Shown in pieces: positions 18,794-28,333 of a DNA stretch of 64,000 nt. The DNA is from Candidatus Eiseniibacteriota bacterium (lineage in GTDB: Bacteria; Eisenbacteria; RBG-16-71-46): assembly GCA_041483195.1 (NCBI GenBank), contig JBGPFC010000008.1, forward strand, positions 1-64,000, in the 5' to 3' direction. The position numbers and the translations under genes are program-made. Every line of letters begins with the position of its first letter. Within the stretch, counting starts at the first letter, position 1. The notes beneath the pieces are model-generated. The model saw nothing but the letters and a program-made list of their open reading frames with translations, was not told where the DNA came from and searched no databases.

Positions 18794-20002
18794 ATGAGCG
18801 CCTCCGCGCTCGAGCCGCTCGCCTCGCGGGGCGGACGCCCGGTCCGCGACCGGTTCCTGCCGCTCGCCGTGCCATTCATCGGCGAGCGCGAGAAACAGCT
18901 CGTGCTCGAGGCGCTGGACTCGGGCTGGATCACGACCGGGCCCAAGGCGCTGAAGCTGGCCGAGGGCATCGCGGCCCGCGCCGGTGCGCGCCACGGCATC
19001 GCGCTCAACTCCGCCACCGGCGCGCTCCACCTCGCGCTCGTCGCGCTCGACGTGGGTCCCGGCGACGAGGTCGTGACCTCGACCTACACGTTCGCGGCGT
19101 GCGTGAACGTCATCGAGCATGTCGGAGCGAAGCCGGTACTGGTCGATGTCGAGCCCGACACGCTCTGCATGGATCCCGAGGCGCTCGAGGCGGCGCTCAC
19201 GCCGCGCACGCGCGCGATCATGCCGGTGGATTACGGCGGACATCCCTGCGATTACGACCCGCTGCTCGCGATCGCCGGGCGCCGCGGCCTCCCGCTGGTC
19301 GAGGACGCCGCGCACGCGTTCGGCGCGTCCTACAAGGATCGTCCGGTCGGCGCGTTCTCCACCGTGACCGCATTCTCGTTCTACGCCACCAAGAATCTCA
19401 CGACCGGCGAAGGCGGGGCCGCGGTCACGAACGACGGCGCGCTGGCCGAGCGCATGAGCCTGCTCTCGCTCCACGGCATGAACCGCGACGCGTGGAAGCG
19501 ATACACCGCGACCGGCTCGTGGTACTACGAGGTCACGACGCCCGGCTACAAGTACAACCTGAGCGACGTGCTGGCCGCGATCGGACTCGGGCAGCTCGAG
19601 CGCTTCGACGAGCTCCAGCGGCTGCGGCGCGAGCGCGCGGCGCTCTACGACGCGCGGCTCGCCGACCTGCCCGAGATCCGGCGCCCGGTGGCGCGGCCGG
19701 ACGTGGTGCACGCCTGGCACCTCTATCCGATCGCGCTCGATCTCGACTTGCTGTCCTGCGACCGCGCGCGCTTCATCCAGGAGTTGAAGGCCGAGAACAT
19801 CGGCAGCTCGGTCCATTTCATTCCCATTCACCTTCACCCCTACTTCCGAACCCGCCTCGGCACGCGCGACGGCGAGTTCCCGGTCGCCGAGAACGCGTAT
19901 CGCCGCGCGATCTCGCTGCCCCTGTTCCCCGGGATGAGCGAGCGCGACGTCGAGGACGCCTGCGAGGCGGTGCGCAAGGTGGCCGGACACTTCCGGAGGT
20001 AG
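18794..20002 (+). CDS. DegT/DnrJ/EryC1/StrS PLP-dependent nucleotide-sugar aminotransferase
   Basis: NSATGALHLAL, VEDAAHA, FSFYATKNLTTGEGG (PLP lysine), GYKYNLSD, AWHLY, SLPLFP. Confidence 0.93.
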   Translation: MSASALEPLASRGGRPVRDRFLPLAVPFIGEREKQLVLEALDSGWITTGPKALKLAEGIAARAGARHGIALNSATGALHLALVALDVGPGDEVVTSTYTFAACVNVIEHVGAKPVLVDVEPDTLCMDPEALEAALTPRTRAIMPVDYGGHPCDYDPLLAIAGRRGLPLVEDAAHAFGASYKDRPVGAFSTVTAFSFYATKNLTTGEGGAAVTNDGALAERMSLLSLHGMNRDAWKRYTATGSWYYEVTTPGYKYNLSDVLAAIGLGQLERFDELQRLRRERAALYDARLADLPEIRRPVARPDVVHAWHLYPIALDLDLLSCDRARFIQELKAENIGSSVHFIPIHLHPYFRTRLGTRDGEFPVAENAYRRAISLPLFPGMSERDVEDACEAVRKVAGHFRR

Positions 20003-20010
20003 CCTGCGCC

Positions 20011-21015
20011 TCAAGCCGCCCCCTCGTCCATCTGTCCCAGCGATCCGAGCGAAAGACCCTCGCGCTGCAGGTAGAAGAGGCCGAGCAGCGTGACGGGCAG
20101 CCACTGCGCGCCCCAGTAGAACCACGAGAACGGCACCGCCAGGGTGTCCTTCACGCCGAACAACGCGAGCCCGGCGATGCACGCCAGATTGAGGGTCCCG
20201 ATGTAGCCGGGCGCGGCCGGCACCATGATCCCGATCGCGGTGATGACCAGCATGACCAGGCCGCCGAACCATGGCACGTGAATGCCCAGCGCCCACATGC
20301 TGATGTTGAGGCCGATCGAGAACGAGAAGAACATCGCGAACGAAAGCACGAACACCCACGCCAGGCGCGGCAGGTCCCGGAACAGGCTCAACCCGTGGAT
20401 GAAATGGTCGAGCGCCGAGCTCACGCGATCGCGCAGGCGCTCGGGGAGCGGCGACGACAGCCAGTGGATGAACGCGCGGGCCAGCTTCTCCGAGCGCTCG
20501 AGCGCGACCACGAACGCGGTGAGGGCAACGCACATGACGACCAGCACGCCCGCGCCGCCGCGCACCTTTCGCCATGCGTCGCTGTCGCGCGAGATGGGGT
20601 ACACGGCGAGCGCCAGCCCCAGGATCGCGAGCAGGGTCAGCATGTCGATCGCGCGTTCGACCACGACGGTGGCGAGCAGCGTCGTCTTCGACATCTTCTC
20701 GCGGCGCGCGAGCGCCCAGGGGCGCACGAACTCACCGAGCCGGAACGGCAGCACGTTGTTGGCCATGAACCCGATCATCGTGGCGCTGAACAGGCTGTCG
20801 GTGCTGAGCCGGCGCGGCGACGCGATCAGCGAGCGCCAGCGGATCGCGCGCAGGTAGAAGCCGAAGACGGTGATGCCCATCACCGCGAGGAAGCCGAAAT
20901 AGTTCGCGTGCCGCAACGCGTGCCACATCTCGTCGAGCTTCACCTCGCGCATCGAGACCCAGACGCAGACGGCGGAGATCAGGATCCCCACCCCGAACTT
21001 GATCGTCCGGCTCAC
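20011..21015 (-). CDS. Lysylphosphatidylglycerol synthase TM-domain (UPF0104) flippase-like protein
   Basis: LRAIRWRSL, GFMANNVLPFRLGEFVR, VVERAIDM, PAAPGYIG. Confidence 0.88.
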   Translation of the reverse strand: MSRTIKFGVGILISAVCVWVSMREVKLDEMWHALRHANYFGFLAVMGITVFGFYLRAIRWRSLIASPRRLSTDSLFSATMIGFMANNVLPFRLGEFVRPWALARREKMSKTTLLATVVVERAIDMLTLLAILGLALAVYPISRDSDAWRKVRGGAGVLVVMCVALTAFVVALERSEKLARAFIHWLSSPLPERLRDRVSSALDHFIHGLSLFRDLPRLAWVFVLSFAMFFSFSIGLNISMWALGIHVPWFGGLVMLVITAIGIMVPAAPGYIGTLNLACIAGLALFGVKDTLAVPFSWFYWGAQWLPVTLLGLFYLQREGLSLGSLGQMDEGAA

Positions 21016-21389
21016 GCGACCTCCGAGGCGGAGCCCGGTCTGCGAGTGCGCTCGATCTCGTAGCGGAGCAGCGCCAGCTCGCGCGTCAGCACGTGATTTT
21101 CCTCGCCGAGGCGCGACATCTTGACCGACATGTAGAGCAGCATCGCCATGACGAATGCGAGCCCGGCGGCGAACACCGTGGAGGCGGCGCCGGTCATGCC
21201 GAGCACGTCGCTGACCCACATGAGCAACGGCGTCGAGAACCCGAGGACCGCGACCGTCACGGTGCACATCACCCACAGCAACGAGTACTCCTCCGAGAGC
21301 TTGCGCCTCCGGACCAGGTCGAGCACGTACAGCGCGAGCCCGACCGCGCCGAACGCCGTGATGACTTGGGTACGCGACAGGAATTCCAT
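21012..21389 (-). CDS. DUF2304 family small membrane protein
   Basis: LVRRRKLSEEYSLLW, 3 TM segments, SVKMSRL..LTRELAL; typical partner of a DPM-like GT2. Confidence 0.85.
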   Translation of the reverse strand: MEFLSRTQVITAFGAVGLALYVLDLVRRRKLSEEYSLLWVMCTVTVAVLGFSTPLLMWVSDVLGMTGAASTVFAAGLAFVMAMLLYMSVKMSRLGEENHVLTRELALLRYEIERTRRPGSASEVA

Positions 21390-21405
21390 GTGTTCCTCCG
21401 CTGGC

Positions 21406-22110
21406 TCAGGCCGGCCGCTGTAGCCACGCCATGAGCGAGGCCACCAGGTTCTTGTACGGGTAGTACAGGGACTTACCGAGGGTGTAGAACGACTCGCCCG
21501 CCTGCCGCTCGCGCATCTGGACGGGCACTTCGAGCAGACGGAAGCCCCGCCGGACGAGGGTGATCAGCAGCGGGGCGTCCGGAAAATCCGTCGGAAAATC
21601 GTGCTGACAAACCTCCATCACCGCGCGATTGTACGCGCGGAATCCCGATGTCGTGTCGGTGATGCGCTGCTTGAGCGCGAGCCGCACCACCCGCGAGAAC
21701 AGCATCATGCCGACGCGGCGCGCGAGCGGCGCGCGATAATCGGTGCGACCGGCGTAGCGCGATCCGATGCTCACGTCGCAGGCCCCCGCCAGCACCGGCT
21801 CGAGCAGCGCGCCGAGGTAGCCCGGATCGTGCTGCCCGTCGGCGTCGAGCTGGACGGCGACGTCGTAGCCGTTCTCCACCGCGAATCGGAAACCGGTCTG
21901 GAGCGCCCCCCCCACGCCGAGGTTGACGGGGTGCCGGACGACCGGGATCCCGCGCTCACGCGCGACGCGCCGGGTCCCGTCACGCGAGCCGTCGTCGACG
22001 ACCAGCAGCGCGACCTCGGGGGCCCTCTCCCGCACCTCATCGAGGGTTCGCCCCAGACTCTCCTCCTCGTTGTGGGCCGGGATCACCACCAGCACACGGC
22101 GATGCGTCAC
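21406..22110 (-). CDS. GT2 glycosyltransferase, DPM1-like
   Basis: VIPAHNEE, VDDGSRDGT, NLGVGGALQTG, DADGQHDP, TDTTSGFRA. Confidence 0.9.
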   Translation of the reverse strand: MTHRRVLVVIPAHNEEESLGRTLDEVRERAPEVALLVVDDGSRDGTRRVARERGIPVVRHPVNLGVGGALQTGFRFAVENGYDVAVQLDADGQHDPGYLGALLEPVLAGACDVSIGSRYAGRTDYRAPLARRVGMMLFSRVVRLALKQRITDTTSGFRAYNRAVMEVCQHDFPTDFPDAPLLITLVRRGFRLLEVPVQMRERQAGESFYTLGKSLYYPYKNLVASLMAWLQRPA

Positions 22111-23696
22111 GAGGCCTCCCGCGGTTCCGCGGCCCGCGCGAGGCGCCGGGCGGCGGCGACCACCGCGTCGCGCGTGAAGCGCATCCACGACGCGGTGAGC
22201 GGAATGGACGCCAGTTTCTCGAGATCGTAGCGGTTCACGAGCGACAACGCGAACACGCCCCACATCGCGATCGGGACCAGCACGGCGCGCAGCGCGATCG
22301 ACCACGCCAGCGGGAGCCGCTGGTCGATGAGCAGGCCCGCCACGATCAGCGGAGCGAACATCCCGATCGTCAGCAGCACGGAGCGCGTGCGTTCGGCGAC
22401 GCCCTCCGGCACGCGCCTGGCGAGGATCACGAGCGCGACGGCGTAAGAAACTGACGCGCCGATCAGATTCGCCCAGGCCGCGCCCGCCACTCCGATGGTG
22501 GGCACCAGCGCGAAATAGCATCCGAACTCCGCGGCGAACTTGAGCAGCGCGAGGCGCAGCACCGCCCCCGGCGAGCGCAGCGCCTGGAACAGCATGGTGA
22601 GCGGCTGCTGTGCGGTGCGCGCGATCGGCACCAGCGCCAGCACGCGCAGCAGCGGGACCGCCGGCTCGAACATCGGGCTGCCCACCAGCAGCGTGATCTC
22701 GCGGGCGAAGACGAAGAGGCCGAAGGACAGCGCGCACGCCACCACCTGGATCAGCCGGAGCGCCTGGTCGAACACGCGCCGCAGTCGGTCGCGCTCCTCG
22801 AGCGCGACGAGCTGGGTGAGCGATGGAAGCAGGGAGGCAGGCAGCGTGTATACCACCTCGACGAAGCGCTCGACGGTCTGGAACGCGAATGAGAAGAAAC
22901 CCAGCTCGGTGGCGTTGAACAGCTTGCCGAGGATGATCTTCCCCAGATTCTGCCCGGACATGAACGTCACTCGCGCGCCCAGCAGCGGCATTGAATAGGA
23001 CATGATCGCGCGCAGCAGCGGCCGCGTCGCGCGATGAGCGCCCCCGCCGGCGGCCTCGCCCTCGTCGGCGGCGCGCCTCAGCATCCACATCGGCACCGCC
23101 GCGATCGCAAGGCCCTGGAGGCTGGTGAGGACCGAGAGCCCCACCGCGAGCGCGAACAGCCCCTGGCCGGTCCCCCACAGCGCGCCCACCATCAGGGTCT
23201 TCGCGACGTGGAACAACACGGCGAGCAGGCAGACCCAGCGGAACTGCTGGAGCCCGTACAGCGTCGCACGACCGGTGGTCGAGAGCCCGTCGCACGCGAC
23301 GATCGCCGCGAGCAGGGGCAGCAGGAATCCGAGCTGGGGCGCGTTGAACTGACGGGCCAGGAACGGCGCGATCGCGATGACCCCGATGCTCGCGATCACG
23401 CCCAGTCCCAGCTTGAGCATCAGCGCGAGATGGTATGCCTTGCGCAGCGTGCGTAACTGCTGGCGCGCGAGGTACTCCGCCGCGAAGCGTTCGAGGAACA
23501 CCTCGAAGTTCCCGGTCGCCATCGTCGCGAGCCCCGCGAAGGAAAGCGCCAGCGTCATGAGGCCGTAGTTGTTGGGACCCAGCCAGCGCAGCAGCAGCGC
23601 GAAGTAGGCGACGCCGGAAACGAGCGCCGAGGCCTTCTCGATGGAAAGGTAGAAGGCGCCGCGTGTGACGCTGTGCGCGATCTGGTCGCGGTTCAC
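22107..23696 (-). CDS. Wzx/MOP-family oligosaccharide flippase
   Basis: GTG start overlaps the upstream stop; LRWLGPNNYG, ELGFFSFA, LLPSLT; ~14 TM segments. Confidence 0.85.
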   Translation of the reverse strand: MNRDQIAHSVTRGAFYLSIEKASALVSGVAYFALLLRWLGPNNYGLMTLALSFAGLATMATGNFEVFLERFAAEYLARQQLRTLRKAYHLALMLKLGLGVIASIGVIAIAPFLARQFNAPQLGFLLPLLAAIVACDGLSTTGRATLYGLQQFRWVCLLAVLFHVAKTLMVGALWGTGQGLFALAVGLSVLTSLQGLAIAAVPMWMLRRAADEGEAAGGGAHRATRPLLRAIMSYSMPLLGARVTFMSGQNLGKIILGKLFNATELGFFSFAFQTVERFVEVVYTLPASLLPSLTQLVALEERDRLRRVFDQALRLIQVVACALSFGLFVFAREITLLVGSPMFEPAVPLLRVLALVPIARTAQQPLTMLFQALRSPGAVLRLALLKFAAEFGCYFALVPTIGVAGAAWANLIGASVSYAVALVILARRVPEGVAERTRSVLLTIGMFAPLIVAGLLIDQRLPLAWSIALRAVLVPIAMWGVFALSLVNRYDLEKLASIPLTASWMRFTRDAVVAAARRLARAAEPREAS

Positions 23697-24838
23697 GCCG
23701 CCTCCGCGAGCATCGCCTCGAGCTCCGATTCGAGGAAACCGCGCACCTCGCGCAGATGACGCACGCGCTCCGGCACCGGCCGGTTCGAGAGCAGGACCGC
23801 CGCCATGTCGGGGTGCCCGGGATCGTATCCGTGCATCGCGCGCAGCGGGGAGGTGCCCATGAACGACGGCACCATCAGCACGCCGGGATCGAGCAGGAAG
23901 ACGCTCTCGCCGTAGTCGTGATCCGGGAACAGCACGCCTTCGCGCGCGAGCGTCGCGGGATCGAGCCACCTGCCTCCCGGGCAATCGGCGAGCGCGGTCT
24001 CGACTTCCCTGCGCGCGCTCGGCGTGCGCCACCAGAAGCGCGCCATGGTGGAATCGAAGAAGGCGAGATAGTCGTCCGGCCAGCTCACCTTGAGCCGTTC
24101 GAGCCGGGCCATGACATCGGTGGTCGCGCGCACATCCACCATGCCATGATCCGAGAGCAGGTAGATCCACGGGGTTGCCCCGGCCGCCGGGCGCGCCAGC
24201 CGGGCCACGAGTTCCGTGTACCGATCGAGCGCGGCGCGCACCCCGGGCCCGCCGGAGCCCTCCCGGTGCAGCAGCGCGTCGAGATCCGGCGTGTAGCACA
24301 CCAGCACCGATTCGTCTCCGGACGCAGCGCGGCGCTCGAGCGCCGCGAAGTTCTCGGACTCGGGGGTTCGCCAGTTCCAGCCGCGCCAGCGCAAAGCGCG
24401 CCGCTCGAACGTGTCCCACAGCATGTCGACCGGGAGGCCGGCTGGACGGAACAGATCGTCGCGCTCCGCGAGGTCGAACTGCGGAAGCAGCCAGCGCGGG
24501 ACCTCGTAGAGATGGAAATATCCACGCACCCCGCGTGCGCCGACCGCTCGCGTGAGCGCGCGCGCGAGCGTCGCGCTGCGCCGGATGCGCGCCGGCAGCC
24601 GGCGCGTCCACTCGAACCCGGCAAACGGCGTGCCCCGGGACGCGCGGCGATACATGAGCCAGCGACCATGCTCCTGTGGCATTCGCCCGCTGAACAGGGT
24701 GGGCAGCGCTCCCGAGCTGAAGCCCAGAATGGTCTCGATGCGGCGGCGCTGAGTGAGTGCCGGCGCGAAGCCCGCGTCCCGTCCGGCCAGCTCCCACCCC
24801 AGCGCGTCGACGATCAGCAGGATCATGCGCGCGCTCAC
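23693..24838 (-). CDS. Alkaline phosphatase superfamily protein (NPP/phosphodiesterase-like), no signal peptide
   Basis: IVDALG, GFSSGALPTLFSG (Ser nucleophile region), DLDALLH, SDHGM, AMHGY metal ligands. Confidence 0.82.
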   Translation of the reverse strand: MSARMILLIVDALGWELAGRDAGFAPALTQRRRIETILGFSSGALPTLFSGRMPQEHGRWLMYRRASRGTPFAGFEWTRRLPARIRRSATLARALTRAVGARGVRGYFHLYEVPRWLLPQFDLAERDDLFRPAGLPVDMLWDTFERRALRWRGWNWRTPESENFAALERRAASGDESVLVCYTPDLDALLHREGSGGPGVRAALDRYTELVARLARPAAGATPWIYLLSDHGMVDVRATTDVMARLERLKVSWPDDYLAFFDSTMARFWWRTPSARREVETALADCPGGRWLDPATLAREGVLFPDHDYGESVFLLDPGVLMVPSFMGTSPLRAMHGYDPGHPDMAAVLLSNRPVPERVRHLREVRGFLESELEAMLAEAA

Positions 24839-26064
24839 GACGGCTCCGCCGTGCGCTGGCCGTCGAGCAGCCAGCGATCCCACGCCCTGACGACCGCGCC
24901 GCGCGCGCGCTCCCAGTCGCAGCAGTCCCTGGCCGGCACCACGCCGAGTCGTTTCAGCGTCCGCGCGGCGCCCGGGGCGAGCGGCGGAATCGCGGCGGTC
25001 GCCGGCGCGCTCGCGGCCGCCGCCAGCAGGAGCGCGGCCGAGGCGTGGACGCGATGCTGCGGGGTGCCTCGCAGCGCGTGAACGAGGCGCGTGGCCAGGG
25101 ACGGTCCGTCCCCGCCGCGCGCGTGAAACGTGAGCGCCTGGCGGAACCGGCGGCGCAGGGGCGCGCGTCGGGCCACGTCGAGCACCCAGCCGTCGGGATC
25201 GCCCGCCCGCGCCGAAGCCGCGAAGCGCTCCCGCCACGTCAAGCCCCAGGCGACGGCCGCGGCGCGCCATTCCTCGCGAGCGGCCTGCGGGTCGAGGGGC
25301 GCCGCGCCTCCCGCGCGGAACGCGAGCGCGACGTCCCAGAGTCCGGCGCACGCCGCGACGATGCCTGCGCGCGAGGCTGACGAGTCTCGCGCCCAGGCCA
25401 CGCGCGCAGCTGCGCCATCCGGAAACGCCCCGTCCGCGAGCGCGACGGTTGTCGCGAGGTCGAGTGCGCACTTGAGCACCGCGTGGCGCCCGCGCAACCG
25501 GCCGAGACGATCCGGAGCTCCGAGCAGGGGCCATGCCGCGAGCAGCTCGCACCCGCGATTCTCGAGCAGCAGGGCGACCTCCTCGGCCTCGACGTCCAGC
25601 GCCTCGTAGGATGGAATTCGATCGAGCACCGCGGGGTCACCCCGCACCACGCGACCGTGGCGACGCAATGCGAGGGTCGCGGGCCGGGCCGGCAGCCGGG
25701 CGAGATCGTCGATCGTGTGGAAGCCGGCCTCGATGGGCGCGGCGATCCCGAGCGCGAGGCACCGCCGCTCGAGCGCCGGGCGCGCCGCGCTGGCGCGGCG
25801 CCGCGCCGCGCCAGCCTCGCGCCGGTCGCTCACGACCACGTAGAGATCGAGATCCGAGAGCGTCAGCGCGCGGCCTTCCACCTCGGCCCACACCGCCTCA
25901 CCCGAGGCGTGGCTGCCGCCCAGGATGACGGCGCGGGGGGTGGGCGACCACTCGCACACGATCGCGAGCGCTTCCGCGATCGGCGCCGAAAAGCGAGAAC
26001 CCGCGCGCGAAGGTGTGGTCGGCACGGGCTCCGTGGGCTCGAGGTGGGGGCAGGTCACCTGCAC
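24835..26064 (-). CDS. Putative Pol-beta-superfamily nucleotidyltransferase with helical C-terminal domain
   Basis: hhGGS..SGE ... SDLDLYVV (GS + DxD), G.VVRGD; start uncertain. Confidence 0.65.
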   Translation of the reverse strand: MQVTCPHLEPTEPVPTTPSRAGSRFSAPIAEALAIVCEWSPTPRAVILGGSHASGEAVWAEVEGRALTLSDLDLYVVVSDRREAGAARRRASAARPALERRCLALGIAAPIEAGFHTIDDLARLPARPATLALRRHGRVVRGDPAVLDRIPSYEALDVEAEEVALLLENRGCELLAAWPLLGAPDRLGRLRGRHAVLKCALDLATTVALADGAFPDGAAARVAWARDSSASRAGIVAACAGLWDVALAFRAGGAAPLDPQAAREEWRAAAVAWGLTWRERFAASARAGDPDGWVLDVARRAPLRRRFRQALTFHARGGDGPSLATRLVHALRGTPQHRVHASAALLLAAAASAPATAAIPPLAPGAARTLKRLGVVPARDCCDWERARGAVVRAWDRWLLDGQRTAEPS

Positions 26065-26076
26065 GATACGATCGGC

Positions 26077-26916
26077 TCAAATGCGCCGGTAGATGAATCC
26101 GGGAATCTCCAGCCGACGCCGGTTGAGCACGGTGCCCAGCACGCGGGCTCCGGCCTTGCGCAACAGCTCGACCGAACGCGAGAGCACCGGCCGCTTGGTG
26201 CGTCCGGCCTGCACGATGACGATCACGCCATCCGCGATCGCGCACAGCGGCGCGGATTCCGGGGACTCGAGCGCCGGCGGCCCGTCCAGGATCACCCAGT
26301 CGAAATCCGCGGAGAGCGCGTCGAGCATCTCGCGCGCCGCCTGCGGCGTGACGGATTCCGGATGCGCCCGATCGAGCGGTAGCACCCAGAGTCGCCCCGC
26401 GTGCGCCGCCGGCGCCTCGCGCATCGTGACTTCGGCGCCGTGGTCCGACCGCGGATGCCGGGTGCGGGCGGGTTTGAGGTCTGGCGAGATGCCGGGCCGG
26501 GCGGCATGCAGGTCGGCCAGCAGCACCCGCAGCCCCTTCTCGGTCGCCAGCGCGAGCGCCAGCTGGGACGCGACCGTCGTCGTGCCCTCGCCCCCCTGCG
26601 TGCTGACCAGCATCACGACGCGCGGCACGCGCTCCGTCAGGGCGGACTCGAGATTGACGCGCAACCGGCCCATCTCACGCAGAATCTCCTCGGAGAGCTC
26701 GGGTGCATGCTCGGCGGGAACGATGTTCGCGCGTGGCCCCGGGGCGGAAGCGCCCGGGCCGGTGGCCCGGCCCCAGCCGCGCGCACGCGGCATCGGCGCG
26801 GGCGACAGCGCCGGGGACATCGGCGGCGCCGAGATCGCCGGAGCGACCGGTGCGGGCGGCGCGGGCTCGGGGCGCACCGCCTGGACCTTCTTCAGCGCGT
26901 CGAAGATGCGGGTCAT
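26077..26916 (-). CDS. CpsD/CapB-like BY-kinase homolog with degenerate catalytic motifs
   Basis: MTRIFDAL start; Walker A STQGGEGTTT, Walker B VILDGPP, ADGVIVIVQAGRT, VLGTVLN. Confidence 0.85.
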   Translation of the reverse strand: MTRIFDALKKVQAVRPEPAPPAPVAPAISAPPMSPALSPAPMPRARGWGRATGPGASAPGPRANIVPAEHAPELSEEILREMGRLRVNLESALTERVPRVVMLVSTQGGEGTTTVASQLALALATEKGLRVLLADLHAARPGISPDLKPARTRHPRSDHGAEVTMREAPAAHAGRLWVLPLDRAHPESVTPQAAREMLDALSADFDWVILDGPPALESPESAPLCAIADGVIVIVQAGRTKRPVLSRSVELLRKAGARVLGTVLNRRRLEIPGFIYRRI

Positions 26917-26950
26917 GGGTGTGGTGCTCCGGTTTGAGGTGCCCTCGGGA

Positions 26951-28315
26951 TCAACTGGTGCGGCGGCGCCGCTCGGTGAGCGCCGCGAACACCGGCAGCT
27001 CGATCGCCTCCTCCGCGTGTCCGGAGGTGTGAACGGTCTGGTCGAGACCATCGATGAAGAACGCGAGGCCCAGTCCCACGATCACGCTGAACGCCGGGGC
27101 GAGGGCGAGGCGGATGTAGTCCCGCGAATTGCGCGGAATCGCGCGGCTCGCCGGGCTCAGCACCAGGATGGTCAGGGACGGGGTCGTGTTCTGCGTCACC
27201 CGGGCCTGATCGCCCTTCTCGGTGAGATCCGTGAATCGATCCTTGAGCAGCTTGATCTCGCCGTCGAGCGCGTCGATGCGGCGCTCCTGGTCGGGCATGG
27301 CCGCGAGCAGCGGCGGGATCGCCGCGTAATCACGATCGAAGACCGCCTGGCGCGCCTCGAGCGTGCGGATGCGGGAGGCCGCCATCGCGAGACGGGAGTC
27401 GACCTCGCGCACCAGCATGCTCTTCAGGGTATCGAGCGTGTTCCCGGCCGTCACCATCTCCGGCGAGTGCTCCCAGTAACGCTCGCGCAGCTGCGCGACG
27501 TGCGCCTCCTGATCGATCACCCTGCGCTTGAGGTCCACGAGGGCCTGCTCGTTGCTGAAGAGACCCGAGAACGTCGGCAGGTCGATGTTGGGATTCGACT
27601 TGAGCTCGTTCATCTGCCGCAGCGCGGCGGTGGCTTCCGCCAGCTCGGCCGCGCTCTGATTGCGCCGGTCGGCGAGCGTGACCATCTGGCCCAGCAGATT
27701 TCGGCGCTGCTCGCCGAGATCCACGATGCCCTCGCGAACCACGAACTCGCGGCGCTCCTCGACCTTGCGGTTGAGCTCGGACTCGACCCTGGCCAGCTCC
27801 GACTCGAAGAACCGGAGCGGAAACGCCAGCGACATGTCCTTTTGCCGGAATTCGATGTAGGCGCTCATCAGCGCATCGCACACGCGCCTCGCGACCCGCG
27901 GATCGGGATCGGAGTACGCGATTGCGAGCACGTTGCTCTTGCCCATGACCTCGGCGTTGACCATCTTCGGGTCGACCTTCACCGGGGCCGCTCCGGAATC
28001 GGTCTGCACCTTGAGAAACTCGCGCGTGCGCTGGAGCACCGGGAAGCTGCGCACCACCTCGACCTCGCTCGCGAGGTCTTCCTCCCACGGCCCGACGCTG
28101 CGCGATGGCGTGAGCAGGCTCTCCTTCTCGCCGCGCTTGATCAGCACGCGGCCGGTCGAAATGAAATCCGCCTTGGTGCTGAGCGAGAGGGTGACCACGG
28201 TCGTGGTCGTCGCGAGAAACAGCCCGATGATCACCCACCGGCGACGGAATGCCACGGCCAGGAACTCGCGCAGCGTGGCCTGGCTGGCAGTGGAGGTCTG
28301 AGGTTCAGGCGACAT
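26951..28315 (-). CDS. Polysaccharide co-polymerase (GumC/Wzc N-terminal, PCP-2 type)
   Basis: Two TM segments flanking a long coiled coil; RRRWVI, HSPEM, LDQTV..ELPVFA. Confidence 0.85.
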   Translation of the reverse strand: MSPEPQTSTASQATLREFLAVAFRRRWVIIGLFLATTTTVVTLSLSTKADFISTGRVLIKRGEKESLLTPSRSVGPWEEDLASEVEVVRSFPVLQRTREFLKVQTDSGAAPVKVDPKMVNAEVMGKSNVLAIAYSDPDPRVARRVCDALMSAYIEFRQKDMSLAFPLRFFESELARVESELNRKVEERREFVVREGIVDLGEQRRNLLGQMVTLADRRNQSAAELAEATAALRQMNELKSNPNIDLPTFSGLFSNEQALVDLKRRVIDQEAHVAQLRERYWEHSPEMVTAGNTLDTLKSMLVREVDSRLAMAASRIRTLEARQAVFDRDYAAIPPLLAAMPDQERRIDALDGEIKLLKDRFTDLTEKGDQARVTQNTTPSLTILVLSPASRAIPRNSRDYIRLALAPAFSVIVGLGLAFFIDGLDQTVHTSGHAEEAIELPVFAALTERRRRTS

Positions 28316-28333
28316 GCGGTGGAGGGTCTCCGC

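Noticed and set aside
24835..26064. Nucleotidyltransferase as a CBASS CD-NTase or MNT-HEPN antitoxin
   Set aside because: No effector, Cap or HEPN toxin gene is nearby, and it is embedded and coupled within a polysaccharide export operon.
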